IMG/VR virus record: IMGVR_UViG_3300006105_000053
Span: 1 to 36,951 of that record
Reading direction: 5' to 3' (one strand)
Length of the DNA stretch: 36,951 bases
Origin: a virus
Taxonomy: Duplodnaviria; Caudoviricetes
Part shown: positions 7,431 through 16,820 of the stretch, one piece after another
Layout: every line of letters begins with the position of its first letter
How positions within the stretch are numbered: position 1 is the first letter of the stretch
Notes under the pieces: model-generated
Told to the model about the DNA's origin: nothing
The model's database searches: none
What the model saw: only the letters and a program-made list of their open reading frames with translations
Translations under genes and position numbers: made by a program

Positions 7431-8282
7431 TTATTCTATACCATCAATGCTACTACCCATGCCAATACCGCCCTTAAAAGCATTATCAGTTTGGCGAGTA
7501 TAAGAGGGATTTAATCCATTTGCTTCGAGAATGTCATCACGAAGGTGTTGGTTCCTCTTCTCAACGTTAAGAACTCTAGTAAAACTATTGGTGATAGTAG
7601 CAGTATAATAAGCAAAAGGATTATTAGATTTGCTTTCATCAAATTGTAGCCCTACCTGTGATAACTGTAGCAATGCCTGTGAACGCATCTCATCATTGTA
7701 TGTATAACCACGCCAGTTACCCTTAGAGCCATAGCGTTCGCATAGTTTAATGAACATACGAGCAAGCATGGGTGTCATCTTGCCATGATCTTTATTAAAC
7801 CATCCATTTTCAAGACCGCCTTCCCAATGTGACTTGCCACAGCAGATAAGATTATCATTCTCATCATAGCGATAGTGTTGAAATGGTGGGAAATTAACTT
7901 TTACATGATGATCTGCACTGCTCTTTGGCGTTTTCTTACGACCTGGCGCAAGTGGAATATGATCCCAACAAATAATTCTGAATACTACGTCAGTTTTCTT
8001 AATAGTATGCCAGTCAACTGTGTGCGCATCCTGCTTGGTTTTTACGCCTGTTGCAGTCATGGCTTCCCATGCTTGTTTGGTCATTCTATCGGCACGAGCA
8101 CGTTTGGCTTCGGCAACTGTACGTTGATTAATTTTACTAAGGCTTGGCAGAATCAAGTCGTAGGTTTGATCTTCAGGAGTAAGAAACGAACAATAGTTGT
8201 TCTTGCTCTTGTGAATTTCTTTTAATAGTTCTTTGTTTGTGAGATATGGTGTTCTCTTGGTTGGTGCTGGTGATATTGTCAT
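7431..8282 (-). CDS. gp55: T4 gp55-like late transcription sigma factor with a large internal insertion
   Basis: YLTNKELLKEI; NWRGYTYNDEMRSQALLQL; FDESKSNNPFAYYT..ITNSFTRVLNVEKR; gp55-gp47-gp46 synteny as in T4-like phages. Confidence 0.88.
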   Translation of the reverse strand: MTISPAPTKRTPYLTNKELLKEIHKSKNNYCSFLTPEDQTYDLILPSLSKINQRTVAEAKRARADRMTKQAWEAMTATGVKTKQDAHTVDWHTIKKTDVVFRIICWDHIPLAPGRKKTPKSSADHHVKVNFPPFQHYRYDENDNLICCGKSHWEGGLENGWFNKDHGKMTPMLARMFIKLCERYGSKGNWRGYTYNDEMRSQALLQLSQVGLQFDESKSNNPFAYYTATITNSFTRVLNVEKRNQHLRDDILEANGLNPSYTRQTDNAFKGGIGMGSSIDGIE

Positions 8283-8289
8283 GTTTACT

Positions 8290-8318
8290 ATTATATACTA
8301 CTTTTATTATTTAATAAA
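8290..8318 (-). promoter_or_regulatory. sigma70-type promoter of gp55 (perfect -10, weak -35; predicted leaderless)
   Basis: TTTATT (8318-8313), 17 nt, TATAAT (8295-8290), 7 nt, ATG (8282). Confidence 0.5.
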
Positions 8319-8320
8319 TA
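8312..8320 (+). promoter_or_regulatory. late promoter (TAATAAATA) of the baseplate operon
   Basis: TAAATA, 5 nt, ATG (8326), at the start of the plus-strand structural module. Confidence 0.6.
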
Positions 8321-8325
8321 TTTTT

Positions 8326-9393
8326 ATGGTACAATTTTCATTTAGTCCGCAACAATTTTATGCACGAACGCCGCAGTCTAATCAGAACCCTGTTAATAAT
8401 ATATTTAACAGTCTGACGCAAAATAACTATGGCAATGGTGGATACTATCAAAACATTGCATCATACAATAATTATAATGCATTTAATCCGCCTGTACCTG
8501 GCACAACTGGTTATAGATTGCCTGCACAGAACTACTATAATTATGGACAGAACAATCCAGCGTATTATGGAACAGGCACCTTAAAAACACAATTAGTTAA
8601 TACTGCAATCAATGCTGGTGTTAGTGCTCTAGTTAATGCCTTCACTGGAAATAACGGTGGGTATGATCCAACGAATGGACGTTTAAATGGAACTGGTCTT
8701 GCACAAGGCGCTACTCCACAAGACTTGTTACAAAATAGTGGCACGGGAAGTGATACCGCATGGCAAGACGACAAAGAAGATCGTGTAATAATTTATGACC
8801 AAACAGGTCAATTTATTGGAACTAGTCCTATATTTGCTCCACTAAAAGATTTACGAGGTGTACTATTTCCTTATACACCACAGATTTCGGTCGCTCACAA
8901 GGCAAGTTATGATCCTGTATCACTGGTGCATACCAATTATACTGTGCCACAATACCAACACAGTGCAGTTGATAGTATTTCTATCACTGGTCAATTTACT
9001 GCAAATTATCCTGCAGAGGCTGAATATATTCTAGCAATGATGCATTTCTTTAGAACATCAACAAAAATGTTCTATGGTAAAGATCAAATTGCTGGTACTC
9101 CACCACCAGTTTTATTCTTGGATGGCTATGGACCATATACATTTGATCATATTCCAGTAGTCATTACTGGATTTGATTATTCATTGCCAAATGATGTTGA
9201 TTATATCAGTTGTAAAACACAATATGGTGAGAAGCAAAAAGTTCCTACCTCAATACAAATTCAGTTAAGTATGATACCTACATACAGCCGCAATAAGATC
9301 AGTAATGAGTTTGGTCTTACACGCTTTGCAAATGGATTGTTGGTTACTGGTGCAGACAGCAGCAATGGACCACGTACTGGAGGTTGGATTTAA
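8326..9393 (+). CDS. baseplate tail-tube cap/initiator-like protein (gp48/gp54 or CIS tube-like) with N/Y/G/Q-rich N-terminus; start revised from 8233
   Basis: C-terminal domain GVLFPYTPQI...SISITGQFTA...GTPPPVLFLDGYG...PVVITGFDYSLP; ATG 8326 is in frame and avoids overlap with gp55. Confidence 0.7.
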   Translation: MVQFSFSPQQFYARTPQSNQNPVNNIFNSLTQNNYGNGGYYQNIASYNNYNAFNPPVPGTTGYRLPAQNYYNYGQNNPAYYGTGTLKTQLVNTAINAGVSALVNAFTGNNGGYDPTNGRLNGTGLAQGATPQDLLQNSGTGSDTAWQDDKEDRVIIYDQTGQFIGTSPIFAPLKDLRGVLFPYTPQISVAHKASYDPVSLVHTNYTVPQYQHSAVDSISITGQFTANYPAEAEYILAMMHFFRTSTKMFYGKDQIAGTPPPVLFLDGYGPYTFDHIPVVITGFDYSLPNDVDYISCKTQYGEKQKVPTSIQIQLSMIPTYSRNKISNEFGLTRFANGLLVTGADSSNGPRTGGWI

Positions 9394-9710
9394 TGGCTAT
9401 ATCACAGGTTTCATATAGTCAGAGTAGTCCTTACTATGGCACACCGTTATTTTCAAATGGTAAATTTTTAGATTTATTGGTTTATCGTGCTATTCCAAAG
9501 ATTGCAGATGATCTGCTAACACCAATACCTGTGCAATATGATTTGCGTCCTGATCTATTTGCTGCTGACTTATACGGAGATGCACATCTATGGTGGGTAT
9601 TTGCTGCTAGAAATCCTAATACGCTATATGATCCACTATGGGATTTTACTGCTGGTACACCTATCTACTTGCCAAAGAAGAGTACACTACAAGTTGCACT
9701 AGGAGTATAA
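9393..9710 (+). CDS. gp53: gp53-like baseplate wedge protein (LysM-like); start revised from 9384
   Basis: YDLRPDLFAADLYGDAHLWWVFAARNP..G..IYLP; TAATG stop/start overlap; GGAGG at 9379-9383. Confidence 0.8.
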   Translation: MAISQVSYSQSSPYYGTPLFSNGKFLDLLVYRAIPKIADDLLTPIPVQYDLRPDLFAADLYGDAHLWWVFAARNPNTLYDPLWDFTAGTPIYLPKKSTLQVALGV

Positions 9711-9711
9711 T

Positions 9712-12700
9712 GTGCCAACAACACTTACGCCCCAAGAACAACTTACTGCTGCCAATGCTCAATTAAAAACATGGTATAACCAACAACTTGCACAAACGGG
9801 TGCAGTACTTGGTGGTGAGTATGAAGCAAAAGCATATGCAATTGCAACAAGTGGCAATTATCCTGCACTTGAAGTTGCGGTAAGAAATGGCACAACTGGT
9901 GGCTTTGATACAATATTTGCGCTTCCACAAGATATTGGACCATATGATACAATTATATCTAACAACACTGGCGCTGGCACTGGACAGTTAATTAATACCC
10001 CACAGACAAACCTAACAGCACAGCAATATGCCGCAGCACTTGCAACAAGTAATCCTAGCAGCGCATTTGATTCTGCATTAAATTCGGCATATGCTGCACA
10101 AACTGCTCGTGAAGATGCAGCATCGGCTGCAACGTCGGAAACTACTCAGCCAATCATTACTGCAAATCAAGGCAATCCTGTTATAGTTCCAACACCACCT
10201 ACTAATAGTAATGCAGTAAACGCTGCGGCAGATAATCGTGATCGTCAGGCTGGTTCAATAACTGCACCAAGCGATAGTAATTCAATTGCAGCGGCAAGTG
10301 CTGAGTCTGCTGCTACAAACCAAGCAGCAATCAATTCGGATAATGCTGCCGCACAAACAACGGTAACTAGTCAAGCAGCACGTAATGAAGCAAGTAGTGA
10401 TACTAATAGTGCACAAACTAATGGCGCAAGTGTAACAACTACTGTTACTCCTACAGTTGATCCTCGTGGAACAAATCAAATACCCACAGATGCAACTTCA
10501 ATATCACCTAATCAAACAGTTAATTCAGCAACTAATGGTAAGAGTGAAGACAATCCAAGTGGAAATCCACCACAGAACATTGACACAGTAAGTAAACCAT
10601 CTTCTAGTATTGCCAGTGATCAAACGGCAACATCAAACAGTGATGTTGCGCCAAAGAGTGGAGCAGATAGTTATAATAGTGGTCCAAATGGTGGAACCGC
10701 TCGTGTAACAAGCAGTGGACCTGCTACAAATGATTCTACAAGTGGTGCTAGTGGCAGCGGTAGTGGTAGCGGCAATGGCGGCAATAGTCCAACCTATAGC
10801 AATACTTCTAATAAATTGCATGCCTATACTAACTCAACATATAAGATATCCTTATATGCCGTTCCTGTTAGTACCATTAATAAAATGGTTGGACTTGACC
10901 CAAGCAGTGATCCTGGTCCTACCCTGTTAAGTGGAGCCGTGTTTATATTGAGTGATGGCGGTCGTGGTGCTAGCGGTGGAGATAAAAGTTATTTTCCTCT
11001 TGATTTGTCAATTGATAATCTTGAGATTGAAAGCATTGTAACACCTACTCAACGCACACGTGGTACTGATGTTATCACAATGAAGTTTGATATTATAGAA
11101 CCATATACAACTAACTTCTTAGAAAATTGTTATAAAATTAATCAAAAGTTTAATCCTGGTGCAAACGCCTCTTGGGATACGCTATTCTTTATGATGGTTA
11201 TTGAGTTCTTGGGCTATGATGATATGGGACAGCCTCAGAAGATTAAAAACACAACAAAGTATATTCCTTTTACCTTTTTAAATATGCGATTTAAAATTAA
11301 TAGCAGTGGAACAATTTATAGTTGCACGGTTATCCCTACCAATTTACTTGCTAACAGTGGTATTGATAATACAATTCCATTCCATGTTGAAACTCAAGCA
11401 ACAACCATTGCAGAACTATTTGAAGCCACTGAGTTTAGTGGAACAACATCTTCACAGGTTGCCAATCGTGATAGAAGTGGAAGCGAAACCTCTACTACAT
11501 CGTTAAATGCACAAAGTAATCTGGCTAAATCAGGTGCTGATATTATTGTTACCAAGGGTTTACAATCTGCACTCAATCAAAATGAAATTGATAAAACAAA
11601 GGGTGGTGCTAAAGACCAAGATGGAGCGGCTGCGCCAATTAATAAAGGTCAATATCTACCAAACAAATATAATTTTAAATTTCACACAGATATATTGAAT
11701 GCTCAAATTGCTGACCCAAAAGCCTTTAGTGAACGCAGCGTTGGTAGCACCAGTGGCGATAGTAAAGACCCAAAAACTGCACAATTAAAACAAGGTGGTA
11801 AGGTAGGTAATCTTATTGCTGACTTTAGCAAAAAAACATTTCGTGCACAGGCAGGCACCAAAATCACTGATTTTATCAATAGTGTAATCAAGGTAAGCAG
11901 TTATGTGCTTAATCAGGTTTCAACGCAAGCCAATGTTGACACGCCTGTTAACTGGTGGAAGATTAATCCTACAATTCAATTTGGTTCGCTTGATAAAGGA
12001 ACTAATTTTTATCAACGTGAAATCACATATAATATAGTTCCATATGTAATACGTGGTCAAGATTCTCCTAACTTTGGACAGCAACAAGTACAAAAAAGTG
12101 AGATTGTAAAATTATATGAATATATCTATAGTGGTAATAATCGTGACGTACTTGATGTCAACATAGATTACCAAATGGCATTCTTTGAAGTAAAGAATGG
12201 CGTAAGCACCAGATATACCATACAAAGTAAAGATAATATCAAAGATAGTGGCGACTCACAAGTTGCTGTCTATAATGGCTACACAGACAATAGATTTTTT
12301 AAACCACGTTATTTCCACACTACTGGTATTGCCAACCAACAGAATACCAGTGATACTACTGGATCAGATAAGCAGATCGTAGCACAAGATTTTATGGAAA
12401 AGTTGTTTGATAATGCAGGTGATATGATTTCACTTGATTTGACTATTGTTGGTGATCCAGATTGGATTTCACAAGATGTTCCACTGTTTGGTCCTATATT
12501 ACCCAATGGAAGTTTCTTGGGCAGTGGAAGCGTGAACTTTACCAATCCTGTTTATTTTAACTTTTACTTTGCAACACCAGATAGCGATTATGATAATACA
12601 AGCGGATTGTTTAACAGTGGTGGCAAATACAGTCAGTTCAGTGGAATTTATCATGTTATAGCAGTAAAAAGTAATTTTAATGGCGGCAAGTTCACACAGA

Positions 12701-13071
12701 AGTTAAAAAATGTGCGTGTTCGTAATCAAACTGCGCCCAAGGCACCTGCTGCAAGAACTGACAGCATTCCATCACAAACTGTTAATGCGGCAACACGTGG
12801 AGCAAATGAAAATGCACCAGTAGAACCAGCAACAAATGGAACTGCAGCACCAGATAGTACTACTATTCCAAATCCGCCCGCAAATCCAGATGTAGTGCAA
12901 ATGAATACACTTAAAAATGTAGGAAGTGTACAAGACACTACTACTAAAAAAATATATAATCCAGTAACAGGTACATATTCATATGTACCACAAGATTCAA
13001 GTGGTGCAAGTGCCACCCAATTTAGAACTAACCCTAATGCATCTCCGACTGAAGATGCGGGAACACAATAA
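9712..13071 (+). CDS. baseplate hub protein (gp27/VgrG/Mu gp44-like) with long low-complexity termini
   Basis: Core from NKLHAYTNSTYKISLY (~10810), FDIIEPY, LDLTIVGDPDWI, FSGIYHVIAVKSNFNGGKFTQKL; lies between gp53 and gp5; AGGAG before GTG. Confidence 0.7.
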   Translation: MPTTLTPQEQLTAANAQLKTWYNQQLAQTGAVLGGEYEAKAYAIATSGNYPALEVAVRNGTTGGFDTIFALPQDIGPYDTIISNNTGAGTGQLINTPQTNLTAQQYAAALATSNPSSAFDSALNSAYAAQTAREDAASAATSETTQPIITANQGNPVIVPTPPTNSNAVNAAADNRDRQAGSITAPSDSNSIAAASAESAATNQAAINSDNAAAQTTVTSQAARNEASSDTNSAQTNGASVTTTVTPTVDPRGTNQIPTDATSISPNQTVNSATNGKSEDNPSGNPPQNIDTVSKPSSSIASDQTATSNSDVAPKSGADSYNSGPNGGTARVTSSGPATNDSTSGASGSGSGSGNGGNSPTYSNTSNKLHAYTNSTYKISLYAVPVSTINKMVGLDPSSDPGPTLLSGAVFILSDGGRGASGGDKSYFPLDLSIDNLEIESIVTPTQRTRGTDVITMKFDIIEPYTTNFLENCYKINQKFNPGANASWDTLFFMMVIEFLGYDDMGQPQKIKNTTKYIPFTFLNMRFKINSSGTIYSCTVIPTNLLANSGIDNTIPFHVETQATTIAELFEATEFSGTTSSQVANRDRSGSETSTTSLNAQSNLAKSGADIIVTKGLQSALNQNEIDKTKGGAKDQDGAAAPINKGQYLPNKYNFKFHTDILNAQIADPKAFSERSVGSTSGDSKDPKTAQLKQGGKVGNLIADFSKKTFRAQAGTKITDFINSVIKVSSYVLNQVSTQANVDTPVNWWKINPTIQFGSLDKGTNFYQREITYNIVPYVIRGQDSPNFGQQQVQKSEIVKLYEYIYSGNNRDVLDVNIDYQMAFFEVKNGVSTRYTIQSKDNIKDSGDSQVAVYNGYTDNRFFKPRYFHTTGIANQQNTSDTTGSDKQIVAQDFMEKLFDNAGDMISLDLTIVGDPDWISQDVPLFGPILPNGSFLGSGSVNFTNPVYFNFYFATPDSDYDNTSGLFNSGGKYSQFSGIYHVIAVKSNFNGGKFTQKLKNVRVRNQTAPKAPAARTDSIPSQTVNAATRGANENAPVEPATNGTAAPDSTTIPNPPANPDVVQMNTLKNVGSVQDTTTKKIYNPVTGTYSYVPQDSSGASATQFRTNPNASPTEDAGTQ

Positions 13072-13085
13072 AAGAGAAATGACAC

Positions 13086-16000
13086 ATGGCTGATCCATTA
13101 AACCGACAAGGCAGTAGTAAAACAGCAAAGATGTTTGACCATTCTAAGGCAGATGGTGTACATATTGCGCCTGGTCCTTTTATTGGAACAGTGAAAGCAA
13201 ATACAGATATCTTACGCAGTGGTAGACTACAGGTATGGATTCCAGAACTTGGCGGTGATCCAAATGATGATCGTAGTTGGCGCAGTGTGGCATATAGCAC
13301 ACCTTTTTATGGAGTAACACCACAGCAAAGTAGTACAAGCGATTATACTCATTCTCCACACAGTTATGGCATGTGGTTTGTTCCACCTGATGTTGGTGTA
13401 GATGTTATTTGTATCTTTGTTAACGGCGATCCTGCACGTGGTTATTGGATTGGTTGCGTTCCACAATGGCCTGCGTTACATATGTTGCCTGCGATAAGTG
13501 CACCGATTGATGGCAGTTTACCTTCTCCTGTTGTTGATTTATATGTTGATCCACTTGCAGCACAGAGTGGACCAAGCGGTGATTTAACCAACTTTGCCAA
13601 GGCACCACGATTGGTTCACAAAGACCAAGAAGCAACATGGACTGCACAAGGTATCTTAAAAGACCCAGACCGTGGACCAGGCACTAGTTCAGCATTTCGT
13701 GAAACACCAAGCAGTGTATTTGGTATTTCTACACCAGGTCAGCCGATAAGCGAAGACCCTGTACTAGGCGTTGCTGGACGTAAAGGCGGTCATACCTTAG
13801 TAATGGATGATGGTGATTACAAAGGCAGCAATGCGCAGATGCGGTTTAGAACTGCTGCTGGACATATGATAACAATGAATGATACCAAAGATTTCATTTA
13901 TATTATCAATTCTAAAGGCACAGCATGGATTGAAATGACATCGCAAGGTGACATCAATGTATTTGGTCAAAGTACCATGAATATCACTGCCAAGGCTGGT
14001 TTCAATTTAGAAACTGAAGGCGGCATTAGTATGCATGCCAGAGAAGATATTAATATAAAAAGTGATACCAATGTTAATATTGAAGGCAAAGATTTAAATT
14101 TAAAAGGTAGTGGCAGTACAAAAGTAACTGGTGCAATGAGTTTACACTTGAAAGGTAAAAGCACATATGTTACTGGCGATACTTGTTTACAATTTAAGAG
14201 TAACGGACACCTTGATGCTCGTGCATTGTGTATTACATTGAATACTGTTGGCGTAACGCCTGCACAAGAAGCAGGTGGTGCAACTCCTCCAAAGAATATG
14301 CCTACTCATGAACCATTTAATCGCAGCACTCCAAAGGGCGGTGGACCTGGTCCTAACCAAACACTAAATTCATTTACCAATGGTGCTACTGAAAATGCGC
14401 CGTCAACTACTGGCGGCGTAGCAAACCCACAATCACAACCAAGTTACGGCGTGGCACAAGGTCTAAGCACAAGTAGTGGACCATATGGTGCCACAAATAA
14501 CTATGGCAGTAATGATATTCCTTATGGCTATGGTCCAATGACAAACAATGTTCCACCAACCACTTATAATAATGGTATGCAAGGTGGTGTGGGTGGTCAA
14601 AGTAGTGCATTTGCACAATACATTCCACAGGTACCAAATCCAGTAGCAACTATTGCAAACTTTGCAACTCAAAGCCTATTACAAAATATTACACATGGTA
14701 ATGGTGGTGCAATCGATATTGGTAATAATGTAAATGGACAATTTACTAATCAAAATTATAGCGTGGGCGAGTTACAAAACAATCCAGGCAACTTGCAATA
14801 CAGTGCTAATGATAAGTTTGCGGTTGGATTTGCAAATGGTCTTGCAGTTTACACCAAACCAGAAGATGGTATTGCTGCGCTGATATCACTGTTTGACAGT
14901 TATGCTACTGCCACACCTATTACTGCCATACAGTTGATTGCAAATTATTTACAAAGTAACAGTCTTACATCAAACACTGTTGTGAGTTTTGCTAGATTTG
15001 TGCAGAACAATAGTGGCATAAATCCAACCGATTATGTATATCTTGCTGATCCACAAACAAGAATTGCGTGGGTGACAGTGGTTATCCGTCAGATTCAAGG
15101 CAGAATAATTTATACCTATGACCAAGTAGTAACAGGCTGTGCAGAAAGTATTGGTTTATCTCCAAGTGCATTTACACAGAATATTGCGCCAAATGCTCCT
15201 TGGAACAATGGTTCGACACCAAGTGGCTTTGTATCACCAAATAGTCCTACACTACAAAATGGTGGTGGTAGTTTACTTGGTAATGTTGTAAATAATGTAA
15301 AAAATAATCTGATCAATCGTGCAATCGGAGCGGCTGGTAATGCAGTTGGTAATATATTAAACGATGCACTTCGTGGTAACGGACAGTCTCCAACTAGCGG
15401 ACAGCAAGGTAGTTTTGGCTTTGTCGAAGTTGATCCTAATCAGGCTGCAAGTCGTCAGGATGCAGAAAAACTATTAGCAAACGGCGGTACTTTTGTGGAT
15501 GCTACTTCTAAGGTAGATGCTGCAAGTCCTGGTAGGATTCCGCTACCTATTTCAAGACCAGCCGATTTGAATGTCAACTATGGCTCACTTGATCCACAAC
15601 AACGTGCTGAGTTGCGTGCGCAATATGTTGGAACACAGGCACAAACTACAGATATTGCCACACCTGGTCCAACACCTAATCAACAAGTAGATGCTGCACA
15701 AACAAATGTTGCCATTGCACAAGCCAATGCTGATGCTGCAAATGCCAAATATACAAGTGCGCTGCAAACATTTGGACCAAATGATCCACGAACTGCTGCT
15801 TTCCAAAATGATGCAGCCGCAGCAAATAATAGTGTTGTAACCGCCCAAAGTCAACGTGATACCATTATTGCCACAAATCCACTGCTTGACAAACAACCAG
15901 GTGATGCAACAGGAACTGTCAGTGCTACACAACAGTTGCAACAACAACAAGATTTGGCTTCACTTAACTTGAGTGATCCGTCAAATGCAGATAATACAAG

Positions 16001-16805
16001 CGGTCAATTTGGGCGTGGATTGCCGGGAACTGGTGGACCTGTAACAACATATAGTAATGCGGGTTATTCAAATCAAAATTCAAATCCACAAATACCTGGT
16101 TTAGAACAAGTAACTTATGCAAATAGCGGTCAAACCGTATATGTTGGTAAAGATAGTGCTGGTAATAGTATTGTTATTCAACCAAGCACAATTATTCAGT
16201 TAACGGCTGATGGCAAGAGTCCAAGTGATATTGCATCAATAACTCCTGAAGGATTAAAATCAATCGAAGATTATAATTCATCAGCACCGTCGATTACTAC
16301 TGTTGTTCCAGATTCAGTTGCAGATTATAGAGCGCCAGCACCAAATACAGTTGCAACAAATAATGTTGGCGGTTATCAGGCTGGCGCAACATATGATGAT
16401 GGTGGAATACCAAGCCGTGATGTGGTATATACTACACCAGACGTTGGAACCACTGGTTCGGCACAGAATCCACCGCCACCTAACTTAGGACTACAATCAC
16501 CAGATGCGCCACCACAGGCATTGATTGTAAATCAAAACACTCCTTACAATCCTTCACCATCTGTATATCCTGTCGGTGATCCTCGTATTGGAGAAGGAAC
16601 ACTTGGTGGTGGTTATAGTGATCCATATTCTCCGCCGCCAACTGCATCGGTTACTCCGCCTACAACTGATAACTCATACTTGCCAATAGAAAAACCTGCA
16701 CCAGTAACAGGAACAACACCAGCACCAGGCAGCGGTGGCGCAACAGGCGGCAGTGATACACCACAGGGTAGTGCTGCAACTGGTCCAAGTGCTGGTAGTT
16801 GCTAA
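13086..16805 (+). CDS. gp5: gp5-like baseplate central spike: OB fold, beta-helix, NNPGNL lysozyme-like domain, long disordered tail
   Basis: GTVKANTDILRSGRLQVWIP, YGMWFVPPDVGVDVICIFVNGDPARGYWIGC (Gp5 OB); GHTLVMDD, RTAAGHMITMND and 8-residue beta-helix repeats; PTHEPF; NNPGNL at 14778. Confidence 0.85.
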   Translation: MADPLNRQGSSKTAKMFDHSKADGVHIAPGPFIGTVKANTDILRSGRLQVWIPELGGDPNDDRSWRSVAYSTPFYGVTPQQSSTSDYTHSPHSYGMWFVPPDVGVDVICIFVNGDPARGYWIGCVPQWPALHMLPAISAPIDGSLPSPVVDLYVDPLAAQSGPSGDLTNFAKAPRLVHKDQEATWTAQGILKDPDRGPGTSSAFRETPSSVFGISTPGQPISEDPVLGVAGRKGGHTLVMDDGDYKGSNAQMRFRTAAGHMITMNDTKDFIYIINSKGTAWIEMTSQGDINVFGQSTMNITAKAGFNLETEGGISMHAREDINIKSDTNVNIEGKDLNLKGSGSTKVTGAMSLHLKGKSTYVTGDTCLQFKSNGHLDARALCITLNTVGVTPAQEAGGATPPKNMPTHEPFNRSTPKGGGPGPNQTLNSFTNGATENAPSTTGGVANPQSQPSYGVAQGLSTSSGPYGATNNYGSNDIPYGYGPMTNNVPPTTYNNGMQGGVGGQSSAFAQYIPQVPNPVATIANFATQSLLQNITHGNGGAIDIGNNVNGQFTNQNYSVGELQNNPGNLQYSANDKFAVGFANGLAVYTKPEDGIAALISLFDSYATATPITAIQLIANYLQSNSLTSNTVVSFARFVQNNSGINPTDYVYLADPQTRIAWVTVVIRQIQGRIIYTYDQVVTGCAESIGLSPSAFTQNIAPNAPWNNGSTPSGFVSPNSPTLQNGGGSLLGNVVNNVKNNLINRAIGAAGNAVGNILNDALRGNGQSPTSGQQGSFGFVEVDPNQAASRQDAEKLLANGGTFVDATSKVDAASPGRIPLPISRPADLNVNYGSLDPQQRAELRAQYVGTQAQTTDIATPGPTPNQQVDAAQTNVAIAQANADAANAKYTSALQTFGPNDPRTAAFQNDAAAANNSVVTAQSQRDTIIATNPLLDKQPGDATGTVSATQQLQQQQDLASLNLSDPSNADNTSGQFGRGLPGTGGPVTTYSNAGYSNQNSNPQIPGLEQVTYANSGQTVYVGKDSAGNSIVIQPSTIIQLTADGKSPSDIASITPEGLKSIEDYNSSAPSITTVVPDSVADYRAPAPNTVATNNVGGYQAGATYDDGGIPSRDVVYTTPDVGTTGSAQNPPPPNLGLQSPDAPPQALIVNQNTPYNPSPSVYPVGDPRIGEGTLGGGYSDPYSPPPTASVTPPTTDNSYLPIEKPAPVTGTTPAPGSGGATGGSDTPQGSAATGPSAGSC

Positions 16806-16809
16806 TGGG

Positions 16810-16815
16810 TAAATA
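16810..16815 (+). promoter_or_regulatory. late promoter motif before gp25 (predicted leaderless)
   Basis: TAAATA, 5 nt, ATG (16821); no Shine-Dalgarno. Confidence 0.55.
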
Positions 16816-16820
16816 TTAAT

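Noticed and set aside
8233-8325. N-terminal extension of the 386-aa ORF from a TTG start
   Set aside because: Overlaps the gp55 start on the opposite strand and spans the promoter region; the in-frame ATG at 8326 follows a late promoter
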